The notes under the pieces: generated by a model | Told to the model about the DNA's origin: nothing | Databases searched by the model: none | Seen by the model: only the letters and a program-made list of their open reading frames with translations | In this document: piece by piece, positions 1 to 9,508 of the stretch | How positions within the stretch are numbered: position 1 is the first letter of the stretch | How the letters are laid out: each line of letters opens with the position of its first letter | From: Myxococcota bacterium | GTDB lineage: Bacteria > Myxococcota_A > UBA9042 > PHBI01 > JAWLBL01 | Reading direction: 5' to 3' | NCBI GenBank assembly: GCA_041687695.1 | Contig: JAWLBL010000022.1 | Location: 64,001 to 128,000, forward strand | DNA: 64,000 bases | Translations under genes and position numbers: made by a program

Positions 1-2
1 TC

Positions 3-239
3 AACGCGAACCAGCAGGGCAAGTCGGGCCTGTGCACGGCGCGGTGCCAGAGCCAGGCCGACTGCGGCGACGGCGGCGTCTGCGTCGCCCTGACCGACGG
101 CAACATCTGCTTTTCGATGTGCACGTCGGACGCGGACTGCGGAGGCGGCTTCGTCTGCGTGGACGAGGTGTACCAGCCGGGGCCCCAGATCGAGGGCGAC
201 GGGCGCGCGTGCCTGGTGACGTTGCCCTCGGCCGAGTGA
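3..239 (+). CDS. 3' end of a Cys-rich secreted-type protein (partial, runs off window start)
   Basis: Frame 3 is open from the window start and reads NANQQGKSGLCTARCQSQADCGDGGVC...CTSDADCGGGFVC...LPSAE*, stop TGA at 237-239; GC3-rich codons. Not in the ORF track. Confidence 0.7.
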   Translation, partial: NANQQGKSGLCTARCQSQADCGDGGVCVALTDGNICFSMCTSDADCGGGFVCVDEVYQPGPQIEGDGRACLVTLPSAE

Positions 240-573
240 AGGCGATGGGGGCTGTCAAAGGCGCGGTCGCATTTCGAAGCGCCGGTGACGTGCGATTTGC
301 CGGCATATTTTTGTGAAGTGGCACAAGTGTGGGAAACCTGGGCGAGTTGCGCGCCGCCGCTGGGCCGGCTGGTTGAACGGCTCGCGATGCGGGTCTATCA
401 AGTGCCTGCCGACGCCTTCCGGCGCGGCGAACCCCCCTGACCGAATTCCACGCAAAGTTCAAAATTCGCAGCGAGCGCCGCCCGCCGGATCGCCCAGCCG
501 TTCTCCGGCCGCGCGGTGATCCGCCCCGCCCCCGGGTGCGCGTCGCTGCGCTCCACCACGCGAGCCAATTGCC

Positions 574-2358
574 ATGCTGAACGCGACCCCCAAGAACGTC
601 CGTCGCCTGGGCGTCGGACTGGCCTCGGCCGTCGCCCTGTCGATGGGCGCATGTGCCAGCGACGTGAGCCCTGCGCCCGGCTCGGGCACGGCCACCACGG
701 GCCTGGCCCTGTCGATGAGCTGGGACAAGGACGGCGCCGTCGCCGGCTTTCACTTCAAGATCCGTCAGGTGCCCTGCAAGAAGGAGCACATCGACTATCC
801 GGTCGAGCACGAGGCCACGGTGGGCCTCGAGGAGTTCGGGCTGCCGTCGTTCGTCCCCGGCAACCACTTCGGGGACGAGCTGCACGCGTTCGCCGACCAC
901 TTCACGGTGCTGCCGGCCGGCTGCTACGACGTGAAGGCGACGCCGGTGGACGACAAGGGCAAGCCCGTCGAGGACTGCAGCCCGGCGCACGACAAGAAGG
1001 TCCGCGTCGTCGACGGCGAGACCACCGAGATCCTGCTCGTGAGCAAGTGCGGCGGCGAAGAGGTCGGCGGCCTGGACGTCATCGCGGCCATCAACACCGC
1101 GCCGACCCTCGAGAGCCTGGAGTTCAACCCGTCGAAGTTCGTCGAGACGTGCGACTGGGTCGAGATCTGCGCGACCGCGTCGGATCCGGACGGCGACGGC
1201 CTCGAGTTCAAATGGAAGAAGAAGGCTGGGCCCGAGGTCAAGGGACCCAAGGTCGTCAGCCACACCGAATATGACGGGTCGGTGACCGAGTGCATCAAGG
1301 TCCGGCCCGAGGAGCCCGGGGCCTTCACCTGGGAGGTCAAGGTCTTCGACCTGCGCGACTTCGACGGCCGCAAGTGGCGCGTCGAGGAGTGGCTGCAGGA
1401 CAAGCACAAGGGCGCCAAGTCCAGCGACAGCCTGGAGTTCCCGCTGTACGCCGTGGGCGACGCGTGCGTCTCGCCGCCCGAGTGCTACAAGGACGAGGAC
1501 TGCAAGTACGGCGAGATCTGCAAGGACGGCATGTGCGTCGAGCCGCCGGCCGAGTGCTACGACGACAAGGACTGCCGCTACGGCGAGGTCTGCAAGGACG
1601 GCAAGTGCGTCGAGCCGCCGGCCGAGTGCTACGACGACAAGGACTGCAAGTACGGCGAGATCTGCGAGTACGGCAAGTGCGTCGCGCCGCCGCCGGAGTG
1701 CTACGACGACAAGGACTGCCGCTACGGTGAGATCTGCAAGGACGGCAAGTGCGTCGCGCCGCCGCCGGAGTGCTACGACGACAAGGACTGCAAGTACGGC
1801 GAGATCTGCAAGGACGGCAAGTGCGTCCAGCCGCCGCCGGAGTGCTACACGGACAAGGACTGCAAGTACGGCGAGATCTGCAAGGACGGCAAGTGCGTCC
1901 AGCCGCCGCCGGAGTGCTACACGGACAAGGACTGCAAGTACGGCGAGATCTGCAAGGACGGCAAGTGCGTCCAGCCGCCGCCGGAGTGCTACACGGACAA
2001 GGACTGCAAGTACGGCGAGGTCTGCGAGTACGGCAAGTGCGTCCAGCCGCCGCCGGAGTGCTACAAGGACGAGGACTGCAAGTACGGCGAGGTCTGCGAG
2101 TACGGCAAGTGCGTCCAGCCGTCGCCGGAGTGCTACAAGGACGAGGACTGCAAGTACGGCGAGGTCTGCGAGTACGGCAAGTGCGTCCAGCCGCCGCCGG
2201 AGTGCCGCTACGACAAGGACTGCCCCTACGGCCAGGAGTGCAAGGACGGCAAGTGCGTCGAGCCGCCGAAGGAGTGCAAGTACGACAAGGACTGCGGTTA
2301 CGGTCAGGAGTGTGAGTACGGCAAGTGCGTCGAGGACCGGCGCGAGCGCCGTGACTGA
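574..2358 (+). CDS. Lipoprotein with N-terminal globular/Ig-like region and 12 tandem 24-aa four-Cys repeats
   Basis: Signal peptide with lipobox-like LSMGAC; typical codon usage; repeat PPPECYxDKDCKYGEICKDGKCVQ x12. Confidence 0.85.
   Translation: MLNATPKNVRRLGVGLASAVALSMGACASDVSPAPGSGTATTGLALSMSWDKDGAVAGFHFKIRQVPCKKEHIDYPVEHEATVGLEEFGLPSFVPGNHFGDELHAFADHFTVLPAGCYDVKATPVDDKGKPVEDCSPAHDKKVRVVDGETTEILLVSKCGGEEVGGLDVIAAINTAPTLESLEFNPSKFVETCDWVEICATASDPDGDGLEFKWKKKAGPEVKGPKVVSHTEYDGSVTECIKVRPEEPGAFTWEVKVFDLRDFDGRKWRVEEWLQDKHKGAKSSDSLEFPLYAVGDACVSPPECYKDEDCKYGEICKDGMCVEPPAECYDDKDCRYGEVCKDGKCVEPPAECYDDKDCKYGEICEYGKCVAPPPECYDDKDCRYGEICKDGKCVAPPPECYDDKDCKYGEICKDGKCVQPPPECYTDKDCKYGEICKDGKCVQPPPECYTDKDCKYGEICKDGKCVQPPPECYTDKDCKYGEVCEYGKCVQPPPECYKDEDCKYGEVCEYGKCVQPSPECYKDEDCKYGEVCEYGKCVQPPPECRYDKDCPYGQECKDGKCVEPPKECKYDKDCGYGQECEYGKCVEDRRERRD
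1471..2334 (+). repeat. Coding tandem repeat, 12 x 72 bp
   Basis: Counted 12 units of 24 codons, Cys spacing C-x5-C-x5-C-x4-C. Confidence 0.95.
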
Positions 2359-2671
2359 CACGCGCGGGTCGCGCCGCGCGGCGCCCGCGAGGGCGCGCGG
2401 ATGACGTCGACCCCGTGAACGGATCCCGAGGCCCGGTGGCGACCCGTTCGCCGCCGGGCTTCGGCCGTTTGCGGGCTGCGCGGCTTGACAGCGCGGGGGG
2501 CGGTCCTGTCGACTCGCGGGCGAGGACATGGCGCGGTGAGAGGGGTCGTGTGGAGCGAGCGTGGGGCGGTCGAGTTCGGGAGACGAGGAGCCGCCGGGTG
2601 GCGGCGCCGGCGGACGGGGGCTGCGGGGCGCCGAGGTGACTGACGTCCGCCGCGGGGCCGCCGCTTCGAGC

Positions 2672-3526
2672 ATGCGGGAGGTCGGAGCGTCCGACCGCCT
2701 GCCGCTGACCTGCGCCCGGGGCGACGTCTGCTGCTTCGGCATGGCGGTGTGGCTCGAGCCGTACGCCATCGCCCGGCTGGCCCGTGGCCTGGGCCTGCCA
2801 CCCGAAGAGCTCGTCGCCCGCCACACCGTCGACGGCGGGCTGCGGCTGCGCGCGTCCGGGCCCTCGGGGGCGCGCGGCGAGCCCGCCTGCGACCTCTACC
2901 GCGTCGGCGCCGGCTGCTCGGTGCACGGCGACCGCCCGCTGGCCTGCCGCCTGTACCCGCTGCGTCGCGAGCTGCGCCAGGGGACCGCCACCTACGGCTT
3001 CGACGGGCCGCGCTTGCCCTGCCTGGCCGGCTGCCCCGACGTGGCGCGCCTGCCCGAGCGCACGGTGGCCGACTACCTGGCCGAGCAGCAGGTCGCGCCG
3101 CACGAGGCCGCCCAGGTGGCCTACCTCGAGGTCATGCAGGATCTCGCCGAGGGCGCCTTCGTCCTGCTCTTCGACTCGGGCCTGGCCGCCACCGGCGACC
3201 GCGCCACCCTGCCGCGTTGGCGCCGCCTGGGCGCGCTGACGCCCGACGCGCGCGCCACGGCCGTCGGCCCCGAGTGGCTGGCGGCGCTGCTGACGCCGCC
3301 GCTGCCGCCCGACGACCCGGCCGAGTTCGCCCGCCAGCACGCGGCCCGGCTGCAGGCGCGGGCGCAGTCGAGCTTCGCGGCGCTGTCCACCGCCGAGGGC
3401 CTGCGCGACGCGTCGTGCACCATGCTGGCGCTGGCCCTGCACCTCGGGCAGGGCCTCGGCGTCGCCCCCGCCGTCCTGTCGGCGCGCTGGGTGCAGGCGG
3501 CCCGCGATCGCGGGGCGCGCGGATGA
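2672..3526 (+). CDS. YkgJ/UPF0153-like Cys-cluster (putative Fe-S/Zn) protein
   Basis: Motifs TCARGDVCC, ACDLY..GCSVHGDRPLACRLYPL, CLAGCP; start uncertain (GTG 2636 or ATG 2672). Confidence 0.75.
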   Translation: MREVGASDRLPLTCARGDVCCFGMAVWLEPYAIARLARGLGLPPEELVARHTVDGGLRLRASGPSGARGEPACDLYRVGAGCSVHGDRPLACRLYPLRRELRQGTATYGFDGPRLPCLAGCPDVARLPERTVADYLAEQQVAPHEAAQVAYLEVMQDLAEGAFVLLFDSGLAATGDRATLPRWRRLGALTPDARATAVGPEWLAALLTPPLPPDDPAEFARQHAARLQARAQSSFAALSTAEGLRDASCTMLALALHLGQGLGVAPAVLSARWVQAARDRGARG

Positions 3527-3915
3527 CCCGCGGGCTCGTCGTCGCCATGGCGTTGCTGCCGTGGGCCTGCGCGCTCGCCCGGTCCAACCCCGCGCCGGCC
3601 GCCCTCGACGCCGAGGCGGTCGCCCGGGCCCAGCAGCGCTGGCCCGAGGTCGACGGCGACTCGCTGGAGCGCGGCCGCGCCCTGTTCGCGTCGAGCTGCA
3701 ACGGCTGCCACGGCTACCCTGCGCCGGCCGACCACTCCGAGCGCCGCTGGCCGCGCGTCCTGCGCGACATGGGCCCGCGCGCCAACCTGTCCAGGGCCGA
3801 GGCCGACCTGGTCCTGCGGTTCGTGTTGGCCGCCCGTCTGGCCGAGATGGCGGACGTCCCGTCCGATCCCTCTGGCGACGCCCCCGCCGCCGCCCCTGCC
3901 CCGGAGGAGCCATGA
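3523..3915 (+). CDS. Small monoheme c-type cytochrome, probable lipoprotein
   Basis: ATGA overlap with upstream stop; signal peptide ...LLPWAC; CNGCH heme-binding motif; distal Met in WPRVLRDM. Confidence 0.8.
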   Translation: MTRGLVVAMALLPWACALARSNPAPAALDAEAVARAQQRWPEVDGDSLERGRALFASSCNGCHGYPAPADHSERRWPRVLRDMGPRANLSRAEADLVLRFVLAARLAEMADVPSDPSGDAPAAAPAPEEP

Positions 3916-5492
3916 CCCGCCCCGATCCCGCCGTCACCGTGGTCGCCCCCGTCGACATCCTGGGCCGCGTGGCCGGCGCGCTGCTGGCCGCGACCTTCCT
4001 GGGCAGCCAGTTCCTGATCACCTGGATCCTGGTCGGCCAGGCCGTCGCCTGGGTCGCCGGGCTGCTGGCCGGCCTGTGGGTCGCCCTGGCCGTCCTGGGG
4101 CTGCCGCGCCTGCGCCGCCGGATGCGCGGCCGCCCGGGCGCCCGGCGCGTCATCGACGGGCTGATGGGCCTGTTCGTGCTGATGGTCCCGCTGCAGGCCG
4201 TCGTCTTCACGACCCTGGGCATCGCCGCCGCCGGCACCATCCTGGGGCTGGGCGCCGAGGTCGACCACCCGGGCGCCACCTTCGCCATCGGCTCCCTTTA
4301 CGTGGCCCTGTTCCTGACCGGCTTCGGGGGCCTGTTGCCCTTCGGTGGCATCCTGGCGGCCGGCTGGTCGCGCCCCGGGCTGCTCTGGCGCGCCCTGGGC
4401 GTGCTCATGGTCGCGCTGGGCCTCGCCGTCGGCCTCGGCGCCGGGCTCTTCCTGGACGACTGGCTGGCCCCGCTGGTCCGCGCCTGGCCGCCGGGCCGCC
4501 TGTCGGCCGCCATCTTCGGCCTCGAGGCCGTCCTGTCGGCGCTGGTGGTCCTGATGCTGCGCCCCAGCTTCACCCAGCGCGGGTGGCGCGCCGTCGCCTG
4601 CAGCCCCGACGGCGCGCAGGTCCTGGTCGCCCGCGACCGGCGGGCGATGGTGCTGAGGGCCGGCGCCGAGCCGCTGACCCCGGGCGTCGGCGGTCGCCTG
4701 GCCGCCTTCAGCCCCTGCGGGCGCTGGGCCGCCGTCGCCGACTTCGACGGCGCCGTGGTCCTGTTCGACGCCCACGGCTGGCGGCCGCGCCTGCGCCTGA
4801 CCGACGGCCAGGGCACGCCGGCGGCCGCGACGTTCTCGCCCGACGGCGCCTACCTCGCGGTCGGCGACGACGACGGCTTCGTCCAGATCTGGCGCGCCGC
4901 CGAAGGGCGGCTGGTGCGGCAGGCCGAGACCCCGCTCGATCAGGCGGCCGCCGTGGCCTTCGCGGGCGACGCGGTGGTCGCCATGGACCGCAACTACCGC
5001 GTCATCGAGATCCCGCTGGGCGCCGGCGAGCCGACCCAGACCGCGCGGCGCGAGGACTTCGTGGCCGACGAGAGCGTCCCCACGTTCCCGCGTCCCTTCC
5101 TGGCCCCCGGCGCGCGACGGCTGGCCCTGGCGACCGGGCAGCGGCTGGCGTTCTTCGAGCGCCAGGGGGACCGCTGGATCCCGCGTCCCGCCGGCGACTC
5201 GGCCCCGCTCGCCTTCGCGCAGGTCGCCTTCTCGCCGACCGGCGACCACGTCGGCGCGGTCGACCACGAGGGCCGCGTGCGCGTCTTCGCTTGGGATGGG
5301 CCGGTGCCGCTGCTGACGCTGGACGGGCTGCCAGAGCCTCCCAACGCCGTGGCGTTGGACGCCCGCGCGAGCACCCTGTTCCTGGCCGGCAAGTCCCTGC
5401 GCGCCCTCGACGTCGCCCACGGCGGGCTGCAGACCCTGTGGCCTGCCGCAACGGCGACCCCGGCGCAGGACGCAGCGCGCAAGGCCAGCTGA
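3912..5492 (+). CDS. Membrane protein (about 6 TM helices) fused to a C-terminal WD40-like beta-propeller
   Basis: ATGA overlap at 3912-3915; hydrophobic N-half; repeats AVACSPDG, AAFSPCG, ATFSPDG..VGDDDGFVQIW, VAFSPTG. Confidence 0.75.
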   Translation: MTRPDPAVTVVAPVDILGRVAGALLAATFLGSQFLITWILVGQAVAWVAGLLAGLWVALAVLGLPRLRRRMRGRPGARRVIDGLMGLFVLMVPLQAVVFTTLGIAAAGTILGLGAEVDHPGATFAIGSLYVALFLTGFGGLLPFGGILAAGWSRPGLLWRALGVLMVALGLAVGLGAGLFLDDWLAPLVRAWPPGRLSAAIFGLEAVLSALVVLMLRPSFTQRGWRAVACSPDGAQVLVARDRRAMVLRAGAEPLTPGVGGRLAAFSPCGRWAAVADFDGAVVLFDAHGWRPRLRLTDGQGTPAAATFSPDGAYLAVGDDDGFVQIWRAAEGRLVRQAETPLDQAAAVAFAGDAVVAMDRNYRVIEIPLGAGEPTQTARREDFVADESVPTFPRPFLAPGARRLALATGQRLAFFERQGDRWIPRPAGDSAPLAFAQVAFSPTGDHVGAVDHEGRVRVFAWDGPVPLLTLDGLPEPPNAVALDARASTLFLAGKSLRALDVAHGGLQTLWPAATATPAQDAARKAS

Positions 5493-5494
5493 GG

Positions 5495-6283
5495 TCAGGC
5501 CAGCGCGACCGCCGCGACGACCAGCGCGAGGGACCAGGCCAGCTCCGCCAGGCCGACGCGCTTGGCGTCCTTGGCCGAGGTCGCGGGGCGATGGGCCAGC
5601 ACGCGCAGGGCGTAGGCCAGCGGCAACAGCCCGACCCACAGGTGGCCCGTCAGCCAGCCCACGGCGACCGCGGCCACGACCGAGAGCCCGGCCGCGGCGG
5701 CGCGACCGGCGTCCGCGGTGCGGTGCGCGAGGACGGTGGCCAGGGCGCGCTGCACGTAGGCGACGCCCAGCGCCTGCCAGGCCAGCAGCGTGACGAACAC
5801 GGCGGCGACCGCGTCCGGGGTGGCGCCCGACGACAGGGCCAGGCCGGCGCCCAGGCCCGTCAGCCCGACGAGCCCAGCGGCCTCGAAGGGCAGGGTGCGG
5901 GCGAAGCGGCCGCGGGTGACCAGGGCGACCGCGGCGGCGGCCAGGCCGGCGGCTCCCAGGGTTCCTGCGAGGACCAGCGGCGCGGGGGACTCGGCCATCG
6001 CGCCCAAGGTGGCCAGGCCCGTCGCGGCGGCGGCCCACAGGGCGGCCAGGCCGGTGGCGGCGTCCTTGCGACGCAGCCAGCGCGCGGCGGCGTTGCTGGC
6101 CAGGAACCCGCCGACGACCGCGGCGCCGGCCAGGAGCGTGGCCGGATGCGGGGCCAGCAGCAGGGCGGCCACGAGCGGGACGGTGACCCACGCCCACAGG
6201 CCGTGCTCGGCGGGTGACAGCGCCTTGGTGTTGGGGCGGACGCGCAGCATCGCGAGGAGCGTCGGGGTAGAGGACGTGGTCAC
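5495..6283 (-). CDS. YwiC-like membrane protein
   Basis: N-terminal PAEHGLW and C-terminal AKRVGLAEL match YwiC-family motifs; multi-TM; GTG start with GGAGG RBS. Confidence 0.75.
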   Translation of the reverse strand: MTTSSTPTLLAMLRVRPNTKALSPAEHGLWAWVTVPLVAALLLAPHPATLLAGAAVVGGFLASNAAARWLRRKDAATGLAALWAAAATGLATLGAMAESPAPLVLAGTLGAAGLAAAAVALVTRGRFARTLPFEAAGLVGLTGLGAGLALSSGATPDAVAAVFVTLLAWQALGVAYVQRALATVLAHRTADAGRAAAAGLSVVAAVAVGWLTGHLWVGLLPLAYALRVLAHRPATSAKDAKRVGLAELAWSLALVVAAVALA

Positions 6284-6296
6284 GAGGACCTCCGGG

Positions 6297-6767
6297 TCAG
6301 TGCGGGTCGCCGGCGGCGGGCCCGGCCCAGGCCAGGGCCTCGGCCGAGCGGGCGACGTCCGCGAGCGTGGTCGTCGCCAGCAGCGTGCGGATGGGGCGCG
6401 TCGCGACCAGCCACAGGTCGTGCAGCGGACAGGGGTTGGTCGGATCGCAGGCCCGGTCGCCCATGGCGCAGGCCGGGGCGAACGGCGCCGAGGGAGCTTC
6501 GGACAGGGCCGAGATCACGGCCTCGAGGGTGACGGTCTGCGCGGGCTGGGCCAGCGCGTAGCCGCCGCGGCGGCCCTTCTCGCCGGCGACGATGCCGGCG
6601 CGGCCGAGCTGCTGCAGCAGCTTGGCGAGGAAGGCCGCCGGGACGTGCGTGCGGGCGCTGAGCTCGGCGGCGCTCAGGCGCTCGCCCGGGGCGAGGCGGG
6701 CGAGGCAGGTCGCGGCCGACAGCGCGTAGCGCGCCGACAGGGGCAGGGCGGGGGAGGCGGGGATCAT
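6297..6767 (-). CDS. Rrf2-family transcriptional regulator with Fe-S ligand motif
   Basis: ARYAL, FLAKLLQQLGRAGIV, KGRRGGYALA, CAMGDRACDPTNPCPLH; ATG overlaps the norD stop (ATGA). Confidence 0.9.
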   Translation of the reverse strand: MIPASPALPLSARYALSAATCLARLAPGERLSAAELSARTHVPAAFLAKLLQQLGRAGIVAGEKGRRGGYALAQPAQTVTLEAVISALSEAPSAPFAPACAMGDRACDPTNPCPLHDLWLVATRPIRTLLATTTLADVARSAEALAWAGPAAGDPH

Positions 6768-8656
6768 CGGGCGGTCAGTCTCCCGTAGACGGTGGCCAGG
6801 GCGTCGGTCAGCGCCTCGGGGCGCGGCAGGATGTGCCACGCCCCCGGGCCCAACATGGTGGGGAGATAATCACGCGCGACGGCGTCGACCGCCAGCGCGT
6901 GTGTGTGGACGCCCTTTCCGGCGGCCTCGCGCAGGGCCTGGCGGATGTCCGCGATCCCGTAGCGGCCCTCGTACTGGTCGAAATCATTGGGCTTGCCGTC
7001 GCTGATGAGGAGCAGCAGGCGCCGATCGGCCGGCGTGGCCGCGAGGCCGGCCGCCGCGTGCCGGATCGCCGGGCCGATCCGGGTGTAGCCCTGCGGCTCG
7101 AGCAGCCCCAGGCGCGCCTTGCCCAGCGCCCAGGACTCCTCGAAGGCCCGCACCTTCCAGACGCGGCACTTGTTGCGGGTGTGTGAGGCGAAGGCCAGGA
7201 TCTCGAGCCGGTCGCCCAGCCGGTCGGCCACCTCGCCCAGCACCAGCACCGCCTCGCGCGCCACGTCCAGCACGCGGCGGTCGTCCACCCAGCCGTCGCT
7301 GGACAGCGACACGTCCAGCAGCACCGTGGTCGCGAAGTCCCGCCGCCGGTGGACCTGCCGCACGTACAGCCGCTGATCGCCGCCGCGCCCCGCGCGCCGC
7401 GCCGCCAGCTCGTCGACCAGCGCCGTCATGTCCACGTCGTCGCCGTCACGCTGCCGGTCCAGGTTCATCAGGCCCATCCGGTGGGCCTCCAGCCGCTTGT
7501 GCAGCCGCGTCACCTCGCGCCGCTGCCGGACCAGGGCCTCGGCCGCCCAGCGCGGGTCCCCGCCGCGGATGTCCGCCGGGTACACGACGCACCAGCCCTT
7601 GCGGTACGCGCGCCTTTTGAAGTCCCACTCGTCGTAGGGGATGCCCTTCTCGTCTGGCGCGATGGTCCCGACGTCCGGCACGTCGGCGTCGAGCTGCAGC
7701 TCGGCCTTGTAGATGCTGCTCGGCGTCTCGCCGCCGCGCAGGATCTCGCGCAGGTCCAGCTCTTCGAGCGCCTCGAGGTGCTCGTCGAGCTCGTCGTCGC
7801 CGCAGGCGTCCCGCGCGAGGCCCTGGTAGTTGTCCAGGGTCTCGGTCTTCTCGAAGGTGTGCATCAGCACGGCCTCGGCCTGCTCCTTCTCGTCGAGCAG
7901 GACGCGCTTGACCTCGTCGACCGGCGGCGCGGCGACCTCGGTCCCGTCCGGCGGGCCGCCCGGGTCTCCCTCGTTCGCGCCCGTCGTCTCGTCCAGGGTG
8001 TCGACCCGCACCAGCTCGCCCCACAGCGGGCAGGCCGGCGCGTCGACCCCGCGCGCCGAGGCGCGACGCAGCGCCGCCAGGGTCGCCGCCTCGTCCACCG
8101 GCTCGTCGCGCAGCACCCGCTGCCGCGCCTCCTCGAGCACGCGGGCCTGCGGCGACAGGCCCTCGAGCGGCGGCCGCGCTCTGAGCGTCAGCGCGCAGGC
8201 CGCGCGCCAGGCGACGCCGAAGCCCGGCAGATCGCTCCGCAGCCAGTCCACGGCGCGGACGACCCGCGTCAGGGCGGCCACGCGCGCCGCGAGCGGGTCG
8301 TCGGGCACCGGGCGGTCGAGCCCCAGGCGGCGCACCGCGGCGGCGACCACCGCCCGCGCCAGGTACAGGGCCTGGTTGCCTTCGACGTCGGGCGCGACGG
8401 CGAGCGAGGACGGCAGGAGGAGATCCCGCCCCCGCACGCCGCCGGCCCCGGCCGCCTCACGGACGCGCACCGGCTCGCCGGCGACGAGCTGCGCCACGAC
8501 CGACAGGCGGCCCGACACGTCGCCCAGGGCGACGACGTGTGACGTGTCCTCGGGCGGCCGCGCGCCGGCCCGCGACAGCCCCCGCCACAGGGCGCGGAAG
8601 GCGCGGAACAGGCCGACCTCCCACTCGAACTCCAGCTTGGGGGCTTCGCTGGCCAT
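6764..8656 (-). CDS. norD: Nitric oxide reductase activation protein NorD (vWA domain)
   Basis: YDEWDF..RAY, MIDAS LLDVSLSSD, YTRIGPAIRHA, LLLISDGKPND..YEGRYGIADIR; directly follows norQ. Confidence 0.93.
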   Translation of the reverse strand: MASEAPKLEFEWEVGLFRAFRALWRGLSRAGARPPEDTSHVVALGDVSGRLSVVAQLVAGEPVRVREAAGAGGVRGRDLLLPSSLAVAPDVEGNQALYLARAVVAAAVRRLGLDRPVPDDPLAARVAALTRVVRAVDWLRSDLPGFGVAWRAACALTLRARPPLEGLSPQARVLEEARQRVLRDEPVDEAATLAALRRASARGVDAPACPLWGELVRVDTLDETTGANEGDPGGPPDGTEVAAPPVDEVKRVLLDEKEQAEAVLMHTFEKTETLDNYQGLARDACGDDELDEHLEALEELDLREILRGGETPSSIYKAELQLDADVPDVGTIAPDEKGIPYDEWDFKRRAYRKGWCVVYPADIRGGDPRWAAEALVRQRREVTRLHKRLEAHRMGLMNLDRQRDGDDVDMTALVDELAARRAGRGGDQRLYVRQVHRRRDFATTVLLDVSLSSDGWVDDRRVLDVAREAVLVLGEVADRLGDRLEILAFASHTRNKCRVWKVRAFEESWALGKARLGLLEPQGYTRIGPAIRHAAAGLAATPADRRLLLLISDGKPNDFDQYEGRYGIADIRQALREAAGKGVHTHALAVDAVARDYLPTMLGPGAWHILPRPEALTDALATVYGRLTAR

Positions 8657-8676
8657 CGCGTGCGTCCTCCTCAGCC

Positions 8677-9507
8677 TCAGAAGACCAGCGACACGAGGTC
8701 GCGCAGGCCGGCCGCGATCTCGCGGTCGTCGGTCAGGGGCTCGACGATGGCGGCCTGGCAGGCGATGCGCGGCGCCACGCCCGAGCCGATGAGGCGCGCG
8801 GCGTCGACCAGCAGGCGCGTCGACGGGACCTCGGCCAGGCCGAGGGTGTCCAGGGCGCGCATGCGGCCGGCCAGGGCGACCAGGCGCTTGCCGACCTTGT
8901 CGTCGACGCCGGTCTCGCCGCGCAGGATCTCCAGCTCGACGTCGGCGGCCGGGTAGTCGAAGGAGACGCCGACGAAGCGCTGGCGGGTCGAGGGCTTGAG
9001 CTCCTTCAGGCCGCGCTGGTAGCCGGGGTTGAAGCTGACGACGAGCATGAAGCCGGGGGCGGCGTCGAGCTCCTCGCCGCGGCGCTCGAGGATGAGGCGG
9101 CGGCGGTGGTCGGTCAGCGGGTGGATGACGACGATGACGTCGCTGCGGGCCTCGGCGACCTCGTCGAGGTAGAGGATGGCGCCCTGGCGGACGGCGCGGG
9201 TGACGGGGCCGTCCTGCCAGGTGGTGTCGCCGCCCGAGACGAGGTAGCGGCCGACCAGATCGACGGCGCTGGTCTCGTCGTGGCAGGCGACGGTGACGAG
9301 CGGGCGGCCGAGGCGGGCGGCCATGTGCTCGACGAAGCGGGACTTGCCGCAGCCGGTCGGGCCCTTGAGCATCACCGGCAGGTGCTGCGCGTAGGCGTGC
9401 TCGAACAGGGCCACCTCGTGGCCGACCGGGCGGTACCAGGGCAGGGGAGGGGCGGCCGCGAGCGGCTCGGGGTCGCTCGCGGAGACCCGGGCGAGGGCTG
9501 GGGTCAT
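8677..9507 (-). CDS. norQ: NorQ (CbbQ/NirQ/NorQ) MoxR AAA+ ATPase
   Basis: LKGPTGCGKSRFVEHMA, YLDEVAEARSD, IHPLTDHRR, FNPGYQ..LKELKPSTRQRF. Confidence 0.95.
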   Translation of the reverse strand: MTPALARVSASDPEPLAAAPPLPWYRPVGHEVALFEHAYAQHLPVMLKGPTGCGKSRFVEHMAARLGRPLVTVACHDETSAVDLVGRYLVSGGDTTWQDGPVTRAVRQGAILYLDEVAEARSDVIVVIHPLTDHRRRLILERRGEELDAAPGFMLVVSFNPGYQRGLKELKPSTRQRFVGVSFDYPAADVELEILRGETGVDDKVGKRLVALAGRMRALDTLGLAEVPSTRLLVDAARLIGSGVAPRIACQAAIVEPLTDDREIAAGLRDLVSLVF

Positions 9508-9508
9508 G

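Noticed and set aside
319..334. TGGCAC upstream of the 574 gene as a sigma54 promoter
   Set aside because: The -12 GC is absent at the required spacing (TGGCACAAGTGTGGGA).
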